Notes: a model not told the origin generated them from the sequence alone. Shown: positions 7,825-17,824, numbered from the stretch's first letter. The stretch is 37,489 nucleotides of DNA from Candidatus Aenigmatarchaeota archaeon (GCA_043818155.1 JBDRGB010000006.1:1-37489); one strand, 5' to 3'. Made by a program: numbers and translations.

Positions 7825-10008
7825 ATGGCCGACGAGAATCCTGAAAACAAGGGACAGCCACAAGACCAAAACCAAGCACAGCCGGCGGCATCCTCAGCGC
7901 CGGCGTTCAGCATGGAAAGCATCGGAGAGGGCATCGAGCGCATAAAGGCCATGCGCGGGGCGCTGTACAGGGCGATAATGGAGCAGTTGCAGCACTCCAA
8001 GGAGGAGGAGGCGAGGCTGGTCAGGCTCGAGCTTCCGCTGCCCGGGTTCAACATCAAGAATATCAAGCGGACGGCCGAGTTCCCGAAGTTCGACGACATC
8101 TCCCAGGTCGATGTCACATACCCGCTGATCGAACCGTTCGCGTACGCCAACATAAAGTGGGACCCGGTGGACAAGGTCCTGGTGTACAACGTGGTGCAGC
8201 CGCAGCTGGACGACAAGGACAGGCAGATGCTCAAGAAGATAGCCAGCGCGCTCATAGAGCTCGTGGAGGTCGAGCTCACGTCCATCAAGGAGGAGGGCAA
8301 GGTGGTGGAGTACCTGGAGAAGCAGATAGCCAAGATAATCCGCCAGTTCGGGCTCGACATTCCGGCCGACCGCTACGCGCGCATAATGTACTTCATCTAC
8401 CGCAACTTCGTCGGGTTCAACGAGATAGAGCCCTTCCTCCAGGATCCGAACATAGAGGACATAAGCTGCGACGGCACCGGCGCGCCGATGTACGTGGTGC
8501 ACCGCAAGTTCGGGTCGATAAAGACGAACGTGGTCATAGACGACCTGGAGAACCTGCGCGAGTTCGTGATAAAGATAGCGGAGCGCACCGGACGGTACGT
8601 GAGCTACGCCGAGCCTGTGCTGGAGGGCACGCTGCCGGACGGCTCGCGCGTTTCCGCAACGCTGGCGGGCGACGTCGCCACACGCGGGCCGACGTTCACA
8701 ATCAGGAAGTTCAGCGAGCGTCCGTTCTCGCCGATAGACGTGATGAACGTGAAGACCGCGTCCGCAGCTCTGATGTCGTACTTCTGGTACCTTATCGAGT
8801 ACGGCGCGTCCATACTTGTCGTGGGCGGGGTCGCGACCGGCAAGACGAGCTTCCTGAACAGCCTGTGCATGTTCATCCCGCCCGAGGCGAAGATAGTCAG
8901 CATCGAGGACACGCGGGAGCTGCGCATACCCAACGAGCACTGGGTTCCTACGCTCGCGCGCGTCGGGTTCGGCATACCGATGCCGAGCGGGGAGAAGTAC
9001 GGCGGCGTCTCGCTGTTCGACCTGCTGAAGCAGAGCTTCAGGCAGAACCCCGACTATGTCATCGTGGGCGAGACCCGTGGAAAGGAGGCGTACGTGATGT
9101 TCCAAGGCATGAGCTCAGGCCACCCGAGCATGAGCACCTTCCATGCCGGCTCCGTTGATGCTGTGATAAAGAGGCTGACCACGTCGCCTATAGACCTGTC
9201 GCCCACGCTGATAGAGAGCCTGAACGTGATCGTTGTTATGGTGCACGCACGCGAGAAGGGCAAGTCCGCGCGCCGCGTGAAGCAGATTGCGGAGGTACTG
9301 AACGTGGACGCGAAGACCGGCGAGGTCAAGACGAACATAGTGTTCACGTGGGACCCGGTCAGCGACACGTTCGTGAAGGTCAACGAAAGCGTGACGGCCA
9401 GGAAGCTCGTGGAGGCCAAGGGCGGCACGGCCGAGCAGGCGATGAAGGAGATGGAGGTGCGCACGCGCGTGCTCGAGTGGATGCGGGCGCAGGGCATAAC
9501 CGACTACACCGAGGTCACGAAGATAATCAACCGTTACTACAAGGAGCCGAATATCCTGATGGAACAGATGGCCGGATTCCTGACTCCGAAGGACGCGGAA
9601 CTGAAGGTCGTGAAACCGCTGCAGGCCGAGCTGCCGCAGCCGCGGCCGGAACCGAAGGCCGGAGAGGAGGAACAGCCGGCTCCGGCAGAGGTGGAACCGC
9701 AGCCGAAACCGCAACCGCAGATACAGCCGCCAGTTGCAGAACCAGCGCGGGCGAGGCCGAAGGCCAGGGCCAAGCCGTTCAAGTTCCTCGAGTCCGATAA
9801 CCCGCTCGACGCCATGGCTAAAGCCGGGTCAGAGCAAGCGAGACTCGCGGCCGGCGACGCAGCTGAGAACGGGAAGCATGTGCAGGCCGAAACAAGCGCG
9901 GAAAGGGCGAGGGAACTGCCCGGCAACGCCTCGATGCTGGGCCTGTTCAACCTCAGGTTCGTGAAGGATAGGGCGGAGCAGCTGAAGCGCGAGCTGGCCA
10001 GGATATGA
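7825..10008 (+). CDS. Type IV pilus/archaellum-family assembly ATPase (VirB11/FlaI-like)
   Basis: DPNIEDISCDG, FTIRKF, Walker A GGVATGKTS, SIEDTREL, Walker B RQNPDYVIVGETRG, His box GHPSMSTFH, and a P/Q/E-rich C-terminal tail. Confidence 0.95.
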   Translation: MADENPENKGQPQDQNQAQPAASSAPAFSMESIGEGIERIKAMRGALYRAIMEQLQHSKEEEARLVRLELPLPGFNIKNIKRTAEFPKFDDISQVDVTYPLIEPFAYANIKWDPVDKVLVYNVVQPQLDDKDRQMLKKIASALIELVEVELTSIKEEGKVVEYLEKQIAKIIRQFGLDIPADRYARIMYFIYRNFVGFNEIEPFLQDPNIEDISCDGTGAPMYVVHRKFGSIKTNVVIDDLENLREFVIKIAERTGRYVSYAEPVLEGTLPDGSRVSATLAGDVATRGPTFTIRKFSERPFSPIDVMNVKTASAALMSYFWYLIEYGASILVVGGVATGKTSFLNSLCMFIPPEAKIVSIEDTRELRIPNEHWVPTLARVGFGIPMPSGEKYGGVSLFDLLKQSFRQNPDYVIVGETRGKEAYVMFQGMSSGHPSMSTFHAGSVDAVIKRLTTSPIDLSPTLIESLNVIVVMVHAREKGKSARRVKQIAEVLNVDAKTGEVKTNIVFTWDPVSDTFVKVNESVTARKLVEAKGGTAEQAMKEMEVRTRVLEWMRAQGITDYTEVTKIINRYYKEPNILMEQMAGFLTPKDAELKVVKPLQAELPQPRPEPKAGEEEQPAPAEVEPQPKPQPQIQPPVAEPARARPKARAKPFKFLESDNPLDAMAKAGSEQARLAAGDAAENGKHVQAETSAERARELPGNASMLGLFNLRFVKDRAEQLKRELARI

Positions 10009-10086
10009 GCGGCCGCACGGCCAGCGCAAAGCCGACCTCTTTCAAAAGCATTTTCTTAACGGGACACAAATAATAATTGACGGCAT

Positions 10087-10959
10087 ATGGTAAACCTCAA
10101 CTCCCTGGCGGACTCGATGTTCGGTTGGGTCTCGGACAGGTACGGCGAATACTTCTCCATAGTGAAGGACAGCATTCCGAAGGCGGACATATACATGACA
10201 TTCCGCACGTACATGAGCATGGTGTTCATGACCGCGTCCATGGCCTACGTGTCCACGTTCTTCGCGCTGGCGCTTGCGCTCGGCTTCGTCGAGATATCCG
10301 CTATGATGAAGGTCGTATACCTGCTGTTCGTGCCGTTCATGGTCGCAATCGCGACCGTGGTCATACTCGTGTTCTACCCCTACCAGAAGATGATGGACAG
10401 GCGCAAGAGCATAGAGACTAACTTCCCGTTCGTGCTGACGCACATGGGCGCGGTCGCGGAATCAGGTGTGCCGCCGTACGTGATTTTCAAGCTGATATCG
10501 CAGTTCGACGAGTACGGCGAGGTCGCCGCGGAGATGAGGAAGGTAGTGCGGAACATGGAGAACTTCGGCCTTGACCCGCTGAAGGCCGTGAAGGAGGTGG
10601 CGGAGCGCACGCCCTCGGACAAGATGAAGCAGATGCTGCTCGGGTTCGTGACCACGACCGAATCCGGCGGGGACGTGAAGTTGTATCTCAAGGGCGCCGG
10701 CGAGCAGGCTCTGTTCGACTGGCGCATAAAGCGCGAGCGCTTCCTGCAGCAGCTGTCCGCGTACGCCGAGTTCTACACGGGCATACTCATCGCCGCGCCG
10801 CTGTTCATCATAGCATTGTTTGCCGTCATGAACATGATACAGCCGACCGTGGCCGGGTTCGACATACTGTTCCTGACCAAGGTCAGCATATACGGCGCGA
10901 TACCGCTGCTGAACATAGGCTTCCTGCTGTTCCTGCGCGGCATGGAAGTGGAGATGTAA
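10087..10959 (+). CDS. Type II secretion system F-family (TadC/FlaJ-like) membrane platform protein
   Basis: TM helices plus IETNFPFVLTHMGAVAESG, EYGEVAAEM and ERTPSDKM motifs, directly downstream of the ATPase. Confidence 0.92.
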   Translation: MVNLNSLADSMFGWVSDRYGEYFSIVKDSIPKADIYMTFRTYMSMVFMTASMAYVSTFFALALALGFVEISAMMKVVYLLFVPFMVAIATVVILVFYPYQKMMDRRKSIETNFPFVLTHMGAVAESGVPPYVIFKLISQFDEYGEVAAEMRKVVRNMENFGLDPLKAVKEVAERTPSDKMKQMLLGFVTTTESGGDVKLYLKGAGEQALFDWRIKRERFLQQLSAYAEFYTGILIAAPLFIIALFAVMNMIQPTVAGFDILFLTKVSIYGAIPLLNIGFLLFLRGMEVEM

Positions 10960-11961
10960 GTGGGGATGCGAGGTATGGAAGAGGGAATCGACATGCCGGG
11001 CGCGAAGCCTGAAGAAGCCGGACCCGCAGAGGCGCAGCCGGTGCCGGCGGCCATGCAGAAGCTTGACGAGGTGGAGATGGAGTTCAAGTCAGCGGACGAG
11101 ATCGAGGTCAAGCTGCTCGGACGGAAGATCGTGGTCAAGAAGAACACCGCGATCGTACTGGCGCTGAACACCGCGCTCGTCGCGGCCATCCTGTTGATAA
11201 ACTTCCTGATGCTCAGCGACGTGCCGTCGCTCTTCTCCACGATAAACATAATCGCGATGTTCATCTTCGTGCTGCCGATAATACTCATCAGGTACACCGA
11301 GTACAAGGAACTGAAGGAGGTGGAGGAGATGTTCCCCGTCTTCCTCAGGGACTTCGTCCAGACCATACGCAGCGGCATGACCCTGCCCGCCGCGATAAAG
11401 GCCGTGGCGAAGAACGACTACAAGTCGCTGAACTCGTACGTGCGCAGGATGTCCGCGCAGCTGGACTGGGGAATAACGGTCAACAAGGTGCTTACCAGCT
11501 TCGGCCGCAGGTCGAAGTCGAAGCTGATAATGCGCATCATCTCCTCCGTCATAGAGAGCCACCGGTTCGGCGGCAACCTCTCGGACACGTTCGAGGCTCT
11601 GAGCAACACGGCCGTGGAAATAGACAGGCTGCGCGAGGAGCGCAAGCTCTACATGAATTCGCAGATGATCACTGGCTACGTGGTGTTCTTCGTGTTCCTA
11701 GCTGTCATGATAGGCCTGGAGAAGTTCCTGGTGCCGAGCATGGCCGACATCTCCACGGGAGGCATCATGGGCGGCGCAGCGGTCGGGCCTTCGAACATAG
11801 CCGAGGAGTACAAGGTGGTCTTCCGAAACCTGATCCTGATACAGGGATTGTTTGCAGGACTGGCCGTCGGAAAGATGGCCGAAGGCGCCATAGCCGCCGG
11901 CCTGAAGCACAGCGTGTTCATGATGTTCGTGGGTTTCCTGGTGTTCACGGTCGCGGGATGA
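10960..11961 (+). CDS. Second type II secretion system F-family (TadB/TadC-like) membrane protein
   Basis: EEMFPVFLRDFVQTIRSGMTL, LDWG, GGNLSD and IQGLFAGLAVGKMAEG...GLKH motifs. The exact start is uncertain (10960, 10966, 10975 or 10993). Confidence 0.92.
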   Translation: MGMRGMEEGIDMPGAKPEEAGPAEAQPVPAAMQKLDEVEMEFKSADEIEVKLLGRKIVVKKNTAIVLALNTALVAAILLINFLMLSDVPSLFSTINIIAMFIFVLPIILIRYTEYKELKEVEEMFPVFLRDFVQTIRSGMTLPAAIKAVAKNDYKSLNSYVRRMSAQLDWGITVNKVLTSFGRRSKSKLIMRIISSVIESHRFGGNLSDTFEALSNTAVEIDRLREERKLYMNSQMITGYVVFFVFLAVMIGLEKFLVPSMADISTGGIMGGAAVGPSNIAEEYKVVFRNLILIQGLFAGLAVGKMAEGAIAAGLKHSVFMMFVGFLVFTVAG

Positions 11962-12012
11962 GAGAAGCTGACGGACGAGCGAAGCGCGCATGGCACGGCG
12001 CGCGTGCGGCGT

Positions 12013-12474
12013 TCAGCATGAGGTGACGTCCGACCGTACCGCGTCGTCGTACACGTTCGAGCAGTTCGTGTAGACGTGTATGAGGTTATAGTTGCTGCCG
12101 CCGATGGACACGTTGAAGGAGTCTATCTCGCGCGGCGTGAGCGACATGAACGTGGTGGCGCCGCTCCTGTTGAGCGGGATCTTCTCGCTGGTGGAGTTGT
12201 CGAAGATTATCTGGACGGTTATGTTGCCTATGTCCACGAGGTTCGTGTTCGCTACCACGCCCGAAAAGTACCCGCCGCAGTACCTGAGGCTCGAGACTGA
12301 CACCCCGCCGTACGCGCAGTACAACTCCCTGTCCGACTGCTGCGTCACCTGCTCGGTGGACGTGGAGACGAAGTTGGTTATCCATACGCTGACTATGCCC
12401 GCAACGGCCACGGTGAACGCTATGAGCAGCACCGTGCCTATCATCTCAGAAACCGCCTTGCGCCGCGTCATCAT
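12013..12474 (-). CDS. Archaeal type IV pilin (class III signal peptide)
   Basis: MMTRRKA/VSEMIGTVLLIAFTVAVAGIV. The ATG at 12474 overlaps the upstream stop (ATGA). The longer ORF-track N-terminus is a shadow frame. Confidence 0.9.
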   Translation of the reverse strand: MMTRRKAVSEMIGTVLLIAFTVAVAGIVSVWITNFVSTSTEQVTQQSDRELYCAYGGVSVSSLRYCGGYFSGVVANTNLVDIGNITVQIIFDNSTSEKIPLNRSGATTFMSLTPREIDSFNVSIGGSNYNLIHVYTNCSNVYDDAVRSDVTSC

Positions 12475-12950
12475 CCGGTCCTCGTGCATGTCTTCTCCTC
12501 GCGCTTGTCCGCGCAGTGCGTCTTGACAAGTATTTTCGTGAAGTTCGCGTCCACGCCGGTTATCGAGAACGGCTTGAGCGCTCCGGCCGTGAGCGTGGTG
12601 TTCAGCGGGATTGCGTCTGACACGGACGAGTTCGCGTATATCATGAAGGCGCGCAGGTTGGTCAGCTCTATGTTCTTCAGGTTCTCGAGTATGAGGCTGA
12701 TCTTGCTCGTCGAGTTGTCGTACGTGCACGAATAAATGGAGAAGCTCGCGAGCCTGCATTCGGCATCTGTGGCGTTCGACTCGGGCAGGGACGTCTTGAC
12801 GAAGCCCGTGGCCCAGTAAGCCAGCACGCCAGCTATGGTCATGGTTATCGCGATGAGCAGCACCGCAGCCACGAGCGGGGATATGCCGAGCCTCGACATG
12901 CCTGGACTCTGCATCGAGGCGCCCCTAAGCGTTCCCATCGCAGTTCCCAT
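12471..12950 (-). CDS. Archaeal type IV pilin (class III signal peptide)
   Basis: SRLG/ISPLVAAVLLIAITMTIAGVL, conserved Cys pairs and several N-glycosylation sequons. Alternative start at 12899. Confidence 0.9.
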   Translation of the reverse strand: MGTAMGTLRGASMQSPGMSRLGISPLVAAVLLIAITMTIAGVLAYWATGFVKTSLPESNATDAECRLASFSIYSCTYDNSTSKISLILENLKNIELTNLRAFMIYANSSVSDAIPLNTTLTAGALKPFSITGVDANFTKILVKTHCADKREEKTCTRTG

Positions 12951-12973
12951 AGATTAATTTTCCATTTTTCACC

Positions 12974-13024
12974 AAATAAACGTTGTTCGGCTGGCGACAA
13001 CCGGAGGTGGTGGCGGGTTTTTAT
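12974..13024. promoter_or_regulatory. Divergent TATA-like boxes for the pilin pair (-) and the 13050 gene (+)
   Basis: Minus-strand TTTATTT at 12980-12974 and plus-strand TTTTTAT at 13018-13024, each about 25 nt from an ATG, consistent with leaderless transcripts. Confidence 0.5.
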
Positions 13025-13049
13025 CCAGTGGCCGAAGCGAACGGTAATT

Positions 13050-13478
13050 ATGGCGCGCGCGTCCGCAAGGAGGGAAAGGTACGGCATACCCAGCCAGAGG
13101 CGGATGTCGGGCATGCGCGCTGCCAGGCTGCTCGAGGAACGCGGGGCGGTGTGCGACGTGGCCAACAGCAACCGCCTGTTCATGCACAACCGCAACGAGG
13201 GCACGAAGCACTGGGTCGTGAAGGCGCTCCTGTTCAAGGCGCTGCGCGAGCTCGGACGCACAGTGGGCACGGAGATAGAGGTCCGCGGCGGCATAGTGGA
13301 CGTGCTGGACGCTGACAACCTCGTGGGCTATGAGGTCGAGACTAGAATAAGCAGGCCGGCGATCGAGCGCAAGTATAGGCGGCTGTGGAGGCTGCGCGAC
13401 GTCGTGTTCGTGGACGCGTCCAAGATACCGGACGGCATCGCGGATGCCGAGCGCTGCATCAAGGCGCTCGTGGCCTGA
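13050..13478 (+). CDS. Hypothetical protein with putative PD-(D/E)xK nuclease-like fold
   Basis: H...K helix followed by TEIEVRGGIVDVLD...GYEVET, matching the E...D...E-x-E pattern of restriction-endonuclease-like folds. Confidence 0.55.
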   Translation: MARASARRERYGIPSQRRMSGMRAARLLEERGAVCDVANSNRLFMHNRNEGTKHWVVKALLFKALRELGRTVGTEIEVRGGIVDVLDADNLVGYEVETRISRPAIERKYRRLWRLRDVVFVDASKIPDGIADAERCIKALVA

Positions 13479-13509
13479 TGTTTTTCTTCGACCGGCGACA
13501 TAATCATTA

Positions 13510-14610
13510 TTGATGCCGACTCCTAGGACCCGTGGCAGGCTTGACGGAGTAGCGATACTTAAGACTCCCGGCGTAAGGAAGGCGCTGCCGCGATACGCGC
13601 GCGTCGTGCTTGACGGGATGCCGCCGAAGTTCCAGATAGCCAGGCGCGTAGTGTTCGAGCCGCTGAAGAGCATGACCGCTGCCGCGATGTGGCGCGAGCA
13701 CGCGAGGTTGATGGACAAGTTCAGGCAGACGCAGGCAATGGTGGACAAGCGCAAGCTCGATGTGGCCGAGCTCGAAGTGCCGCGCTTCTCGCTGCTCGAC
13801 CTGAAGGCGAAGCTCGCAGACGAGGTGATGCGCTCGTGCGAGATGTGCGAGAGACGATGCGGCGTGGACCGCACTAAAGGCGGCCGCGGATTCTGCGGGG
13901 TGGGCACGGACTGGAGAATTTTCGGCGCGCACGCGCACCTGGGCGAGGAGCCGGAGCTCGTACCTTCGCTCACGCTCTTCGGCGCCGGCTGCACCATGAG
14001 ATGCGTGTACTGCCAGAACGCGCCCGACAGCGTAGATGCGAAGGCGGCCACGGCGTGGCCGGAGGGGCGCGTAGCGCGCTTTGTAGAGGCTCAGCATAGG
14101 GCAGGCTGCCGCAACCTGAACTTGGTCGGTGGCGACCCCACATGCCACATCGGCAGCATCCTGAAGATGCTCGCGGCCTTCAGAGCGGACATCCCGGTCG
14201 TGTTCAACTCGAACGCGTACCTTTCGGCGAAGGCGATGGAGCTGATGGACGGCGTCGTTGACGTCTATCTGCTCGACTTCCGCTACTTCGACGACGACTG
14301 TGCTGAAGTGCTCTCGTCGGCGCCGCGCTACGTGGAGGCGGCGAAACGCAGCCACCTGCTCGCGAAGATGCAGGCCGAGCTAATCGTGCGAGTGCTCGTG
14401 ATTCCCGACCATCTCGAATGCGACGCGAAGCCCGCGCTCAAGTGGATTCGCGAAAACCTCGGGCCGTGGACGCGCGTCAACGTGCTCTCGCAATACGCGC
14501 CGCGCTTCCGGGCGCGCGAATACATGGGCATATGCAGGCCGCTCTCAGCGGAGGAGCATGCGGACGTGGTTGCGTACGCCAGAAAAATCGGGTTGAAGAA
14601 CCTGATATAG
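13510..14610 (+). CDS. Radical SAM protein, PflX (pyruvate formate-lyase activating enzyme-like) family
   Basis: CEMCERRCGVDR...GFCG, HLGEEPELVPS, CxxxCxxC in GCTMRCVYCQN, NLVGGDPT, VFNSNAY. Confidence 0.9.
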   Translation: MMPTPRTRGRLDGVAILKTPGVRKALPRYARVVLDGMPPKFQIARRVVFEPLKSMTAAAMWREHARLMDKFRQTQAMVDKRKLDVAELEVPRFSLLDLKAKLADEVMRSCEMCERRCGVDRTKGGRGFCGVGTDWRIFGAHAHLGEEPELVPSLTLFGAGCTMRCVYCQNAPDSVDAKAATAWPEGRVARFVEAQHRAGCRNLNLVGGDPTCHIGSILKMLAAFRADIPVVFNSNAYLSAKAMELMDGVVDVYLLDFRYFDDDCAEVLSSAPRYVEAAKRSHLLAKMQAELIVRVLVIPDHLECDAKPALKWIRENLGPWTRVNVLSQYAPRFRAREYMGICRPLSAEEHADVVAYARKIGLKNLI

Positions 14611-14682
14611 CCATGCCTGCCGGCCGAGATTCCATGAAAATTAATTACGTCCCGCGCACAAATCATATACAAGGTTTTTAGA

Positions 14683-15279
14683 TTGAGAAGGAGGAAACTG
14701 CCATCAAGAAGAAAGGTTAGGCCGACGCGGAGCCGCGGCGTCACCATCGCCTCTATCAGGCGTTACGCGCGCAGGCACATGGCCGCCGGCTCGGTGATGC
14801 TCGCGATTGTTGTTTTGGCGGTTGCGACGTACATGATGGTTGGCGGTTCGAAGGACCCCGTGTTCGTCATACCCGAGCTCTTCACGTACGGCTACACGCA
14901 GGTGTCTGTTGACGCGGGCATGGACAGCGAGGGCGGCGTCGTGACGCTCACCGCCGGGTGCAGGCAGATACGCGCGCACGTCGAGCCGTCGCAGGCCGAG
15001 AGCATCTACATGGCTATCCAAGGCGTAGTATCGCCGCGGCCGAACGCGCATGACATAGTGGCGGACGCGTTCGACAGCCTCGGCATAGAGGTGCTGATGG
15101 TTAAGGTCACCGATCTGCGCAACCAGACGTTCTACGGCAAGATAATACTCAGGAACGGCAACCGCGTGGCCAACCTGGACGCGCGGCCGAGCGACGCGAC
15201 CGCGATAGCGCTCCGAATGCACGTGCCCGTGTACGTGAAAACGCAGCTGCTCGAAGAGAACGGAGAGAAAATCTGCTGA
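14683..15279 (+). CDS. Bifunctional nuclease (DUF151/BFN) domain protein with N-terminal TM helix
   Basis: RPNAHD, TFYGKI and LDARPSDATAIALR signature. Start is either TTG at 14683 or ATG at 14779. Confidence 0.88.
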   Translation: MRRRKLPSRRKVRPTRSRGVTIASIRRYARRHMAAGSVMLAIVVLAVATYMMVGGSKDPVFVIPELFTYGYTQVSVDAGMDSEGGVVTLTAGCRQIRAHVEPSQAESIYMAIQGVVSPRPNAHDIVADAFDSLGIEVLMVKVTDLRNQTFYGKIILRNGNRVANLDARPSDATAIALRMHVPVYVKTQLLEENGEKIC

Positions 15280-15299
15280 GCGGGTCGGCCGGATGGAAC

Positions 15300-15578
15300 C
15301 TATGCCTTCACCGCCTTCTTGAACGCCTCGGAGAACTCCTCGGTCTGCTTGATGACGCGCTCCGCAGCCTTGTCCAACGCTGTCACGGGCTTTCCCTTAG
15401 AAACCTTCACGAATATCTTCGGCTCCTCCAGGTACGGGTGCTCCTTGATGTGCGCGGCCTCCTTCACGTTCTCGTCGTTCCACAGCTCTCCCGTAACGAC
15501 GTTCGTGACGGTCACGCTCTCGCCCTTCACTTCCAGAAGCAGAGTATCGTCCGATTCCTTCACGGCCTTCAGTTCCAT
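15300..15578 (-). CDS. rpoL: DNA-directed RNA polymerase subunit L (Rpo11)
   Basis: MELKAVKE...LEVKGESVTVTN...EHPYLEEPKI, with a GAGGT ribosome-binding site before the ATG at 15578. Confidence 0.88.
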   Translation of the reverse strand: MELKAVKESDDTLLLEVKGESVTVTNVVTGELWNDENVKEAAHIKEHPYLEEPKIFVKVSKGKPVTALDKAAERVIKQTEEFSEAFKKAVKA

Positions 15579-15588
15579 TTCCAAAACC

Positions 15589-16239
15589 TCAAACGCGCTC
15601 AACCACGAAAAGGTCCACGTTATAACTTACCTTTGGTTTTCTGTGGAATTTAAACATATATGGTACGTCGAATTTAAATTCCTTCACCGCGAGCACTTTC
15701 CCGCCGTTCAGCTGAATGAAGTTCTCTAAGAACGCGCGCGTCCGCTTGTTGCCGCCTTCGTCCTCGTAGCCGCCGCGGTGCAGGCTGTACACGCGGCCGC
15801 CCCTTCGGACGCACTCGATCGCTTTTGACAAAAATCCCTTGTCCGCGCCCCTCGTCCCGCGCATTCCGAACGGCGGGTTCTGCACCACCGTGTCGCATTC
15901 GCCCGAGAATTCCGCGATGTCGCTTAGCACGAACTCCACATCAACGCCCGCCGCCTCCGCGTTCTCCTTAGCAAGCTTTATCGACGCATCATCCACATCC
16001 ACGCCGACAGCCCTCTCCGCACCGAGCAGGGCAGCGCCGATCGCCAGCCTGCCGCTCCCGCACCCCAAATCGAAAACGGTCTTGCCTTCTATGTCGCCTG
16101 CGACTAGCGCGATGTTGAGTATGTCGGCCGCCAAACCTGAAGGTATCGCGTACTGCTCGAGGTTCACGCTCGGCTTCTCGGGAGTCTTCAGCTTCGACAG
16201 CGCTATCTCAAGCTGTTTCTTGGTCGGCGCCATGCGCAT
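15589..16239 (-). CDS. METTL5-like N6-adenine RNA methyltransferase
   Basis: LEQY, SAM-binding VFDLGCGSGRL, catalytic NPPFG, and C-terminal PYMFKFH. Confidence 0.9.
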   Translation of the reverse strand: MRMAPTKKQLEIALSKLKTPEKPSVNLEQYAIPSGLAADILNIALVAGDIEGKTVFDLGCGSGRLAIGAALLGAERAVGVDVDDASIKLAKENAEAAGVDVEFVLSDIAEFSGECDTVVQNPPFGMRGTRGADKGFLSKAIECVRRGGRVYSLHRGGYEDEGGNKRTRAFLENFIQLNGGKVLAVKEFKFDVPYMFKFHRKPKVSYNVDLFVVERV

Positions 16240-16294
16240 CGCTTCTTATTACGGCCGTGAAAGCTATTAATCTGTTCGAGGGGAAGAAATCTGT

Positions 16295-17824
16295 ATGCAA
16301 ACCCCGGACGAGGCTGAAGGCAAAGCCGGCGACAAAGACAGGCGCCTGGAGATTCTGGAAGAGCAGATAAAGTCCATAGACAAGAAGATAGACGCGTTCT
16401 ACATCAGCCTGATGCCCGTGCTCAACAGGGAGCGATCCGCGCACCCGGTGAAGGTCGAGGCCGGCATGCAGACGAAGCTGCAGCCGCAGCCCGAGGACCT
16501 AATGAAAGCGCCGGTTCCAGCGAAGCCGCAACTGCAGCCGCAGGCGCAACCGCGGGCGCAGCCGCAGAATAAAAATTATCGCGTGAAGGACGTCGCTCTA
16601 GCGGAGCAGGGCAAGCTGAATATCGAATGGGCCGAGAGGCATATGCCCGTGCTCATGCGCATACGCCGCGAGTTCGAGAATGCGAAACCGCTGAAGGACG
16701 TACGCATCGCGGCTTGCCTGCACGTGACGAAGGAGACTGCTGTTTTGATGAGGACTTTGAAGGCGGGCGGGGCCGAGGTCGCGCTGTGCGCCTCGAACCC
16801 GCTGAGCACGCAGGACGACGTGGCCGCGGCGCTGGCTGCCGAAGGCATAAAGGTTTTCGCGTGGCGCGGAATCACCAACGAGGACTACTACTGGTGCATA
16901 AACCGTGTGCTGGACACGCGGCCGAACATAACCATGGACGACGGCGCCGACCTCATATCCACCGTGCACTCGAAGCGAACCGACCTGCTGCCGGGGATAC
17001 TCGGCGGACAGGAGGAGACGACGACGGGCGTGATCCGACTGCGCGCCATGGCCGCGGACGGCGCGCTGAAGTACCCGCTCTTCGCAGTGAACGATACTCC
17101 GACGAAGCACATGTTCGACAACGTCTACGGCACCGGCCAGAGCACGGTCGACGGCATAATCCGCGCCACGAACGTGCTGCTCGCGGGCAAGAACTTCGTG
17201 GTATGCGGCTACGGCTACTGCAGCGGCGGGATCGCGCGCGTCGCGAAAGGGCTGGGCGCGAACGTCATCATCACCGAGGTCGACCCGACGAAGGCGCTGA
17301 AGGCGGCGATGGACGGGTTCCGCGTGATGCCGATGGCGGACGCGGCGCGCGTGGGCGACATCTTCGTAACAGCAACGGGCGACAAGAACGTGATACGCGG
17401 CGAGCACATGCTTTTGATGAAGGACAATGCCATACTGGCCAACTCGGGCCACTTCAACGCGGAGATTTCCATCCCCGACCTGGAAAACATCTCAGCGGGC
17501 AAGCGCAGAATCCGCGAGAACGTCGAGGAGTACAGCACGAAGGCAGGCAGGCGGCTTTACCTGCTGGCCGAAGGCAGGCTCGTGAACCTCGCCGCGGCCG
17601 AAGGACACCCGAGCGAGGTCATGGACATGAGCTTCGCGAACCAGGCGTTGTGCGCCGAGTACTTTGCGAAGCACGCGAAGGAGCTCGAGCCGCTCGTGTA
17701 CGACGTGCCCGAGGACATAGACCTGCGCGTCGCGAGGCTGAAGCTCGAGTCGATGGCCGTGCGCATAGACGTGCTCACAGAGGAGCAGAAGAAGTACCTG
17801 CAGTCTTGGCAGGAAGGGACGTAG
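16295..17824 (+). CDS. ahcY: Adenosylhomocysteinase with N-terminal extension
   Basis: [56 protein letters not shown]. Confidence 0.97.
   Translation: MQTPDEAEGKAGDKDRRLEILEEQIKSIDKKIDAFYISLMPVLNRERSAHPVKVEAGMQTKLQPQPEDLMKAPVPAKPQLQPQAQPRAQPQNKNYRVKDVALAEQGKLNIEWAERHMPVLMRIRREFENAKPLKDVRIAACLHVTKETAVLMRTLKAGGAEVALCASNPLSTQDDVAAALAAEGIKVFAWRGITNEDYYWCINRVLDTRPNITMDDGADLISTVHSKRTDLLPGILGGQEETTTGVIRLRAMAADGALKYPLFAVNDTPTKHMFDNVYGTGQSTVDGIIRATNVLLAGKNFVVCGYGYCSGGIARVAKGLGANVIITEVDPTKALKAAMDGFRVMPMADAARVGDIFVTATGDKNVIRGEHMLLMKDNAILANSGHFNAEISIPDLENISAGKRRIRENVEEYSTKAGRRLYLLAEGRLVNLAAAEGHPSEVMDMSFANQALCAEYFAKHAKELEPLVYDVPEDIDLRVARLKLESMAVRIDVLTEEQKKYLQSWQEGT

Noticed and set aside
12475-12759. N-terminal 95 aa of the 248-aa ORF 12013-12759
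   Set aside because: It overlaps the upstream pilin in another frame. The class III signal peptide and ATGA coupling place the start at 12474.
7825-12950. Archaellum (motility) operon
   Set aside because: No FlaH, FlaF, FlaG or archaellin-length filament genes are visible, and two split TadC-like genes with short pilins fit an adhesive type IV pilus.
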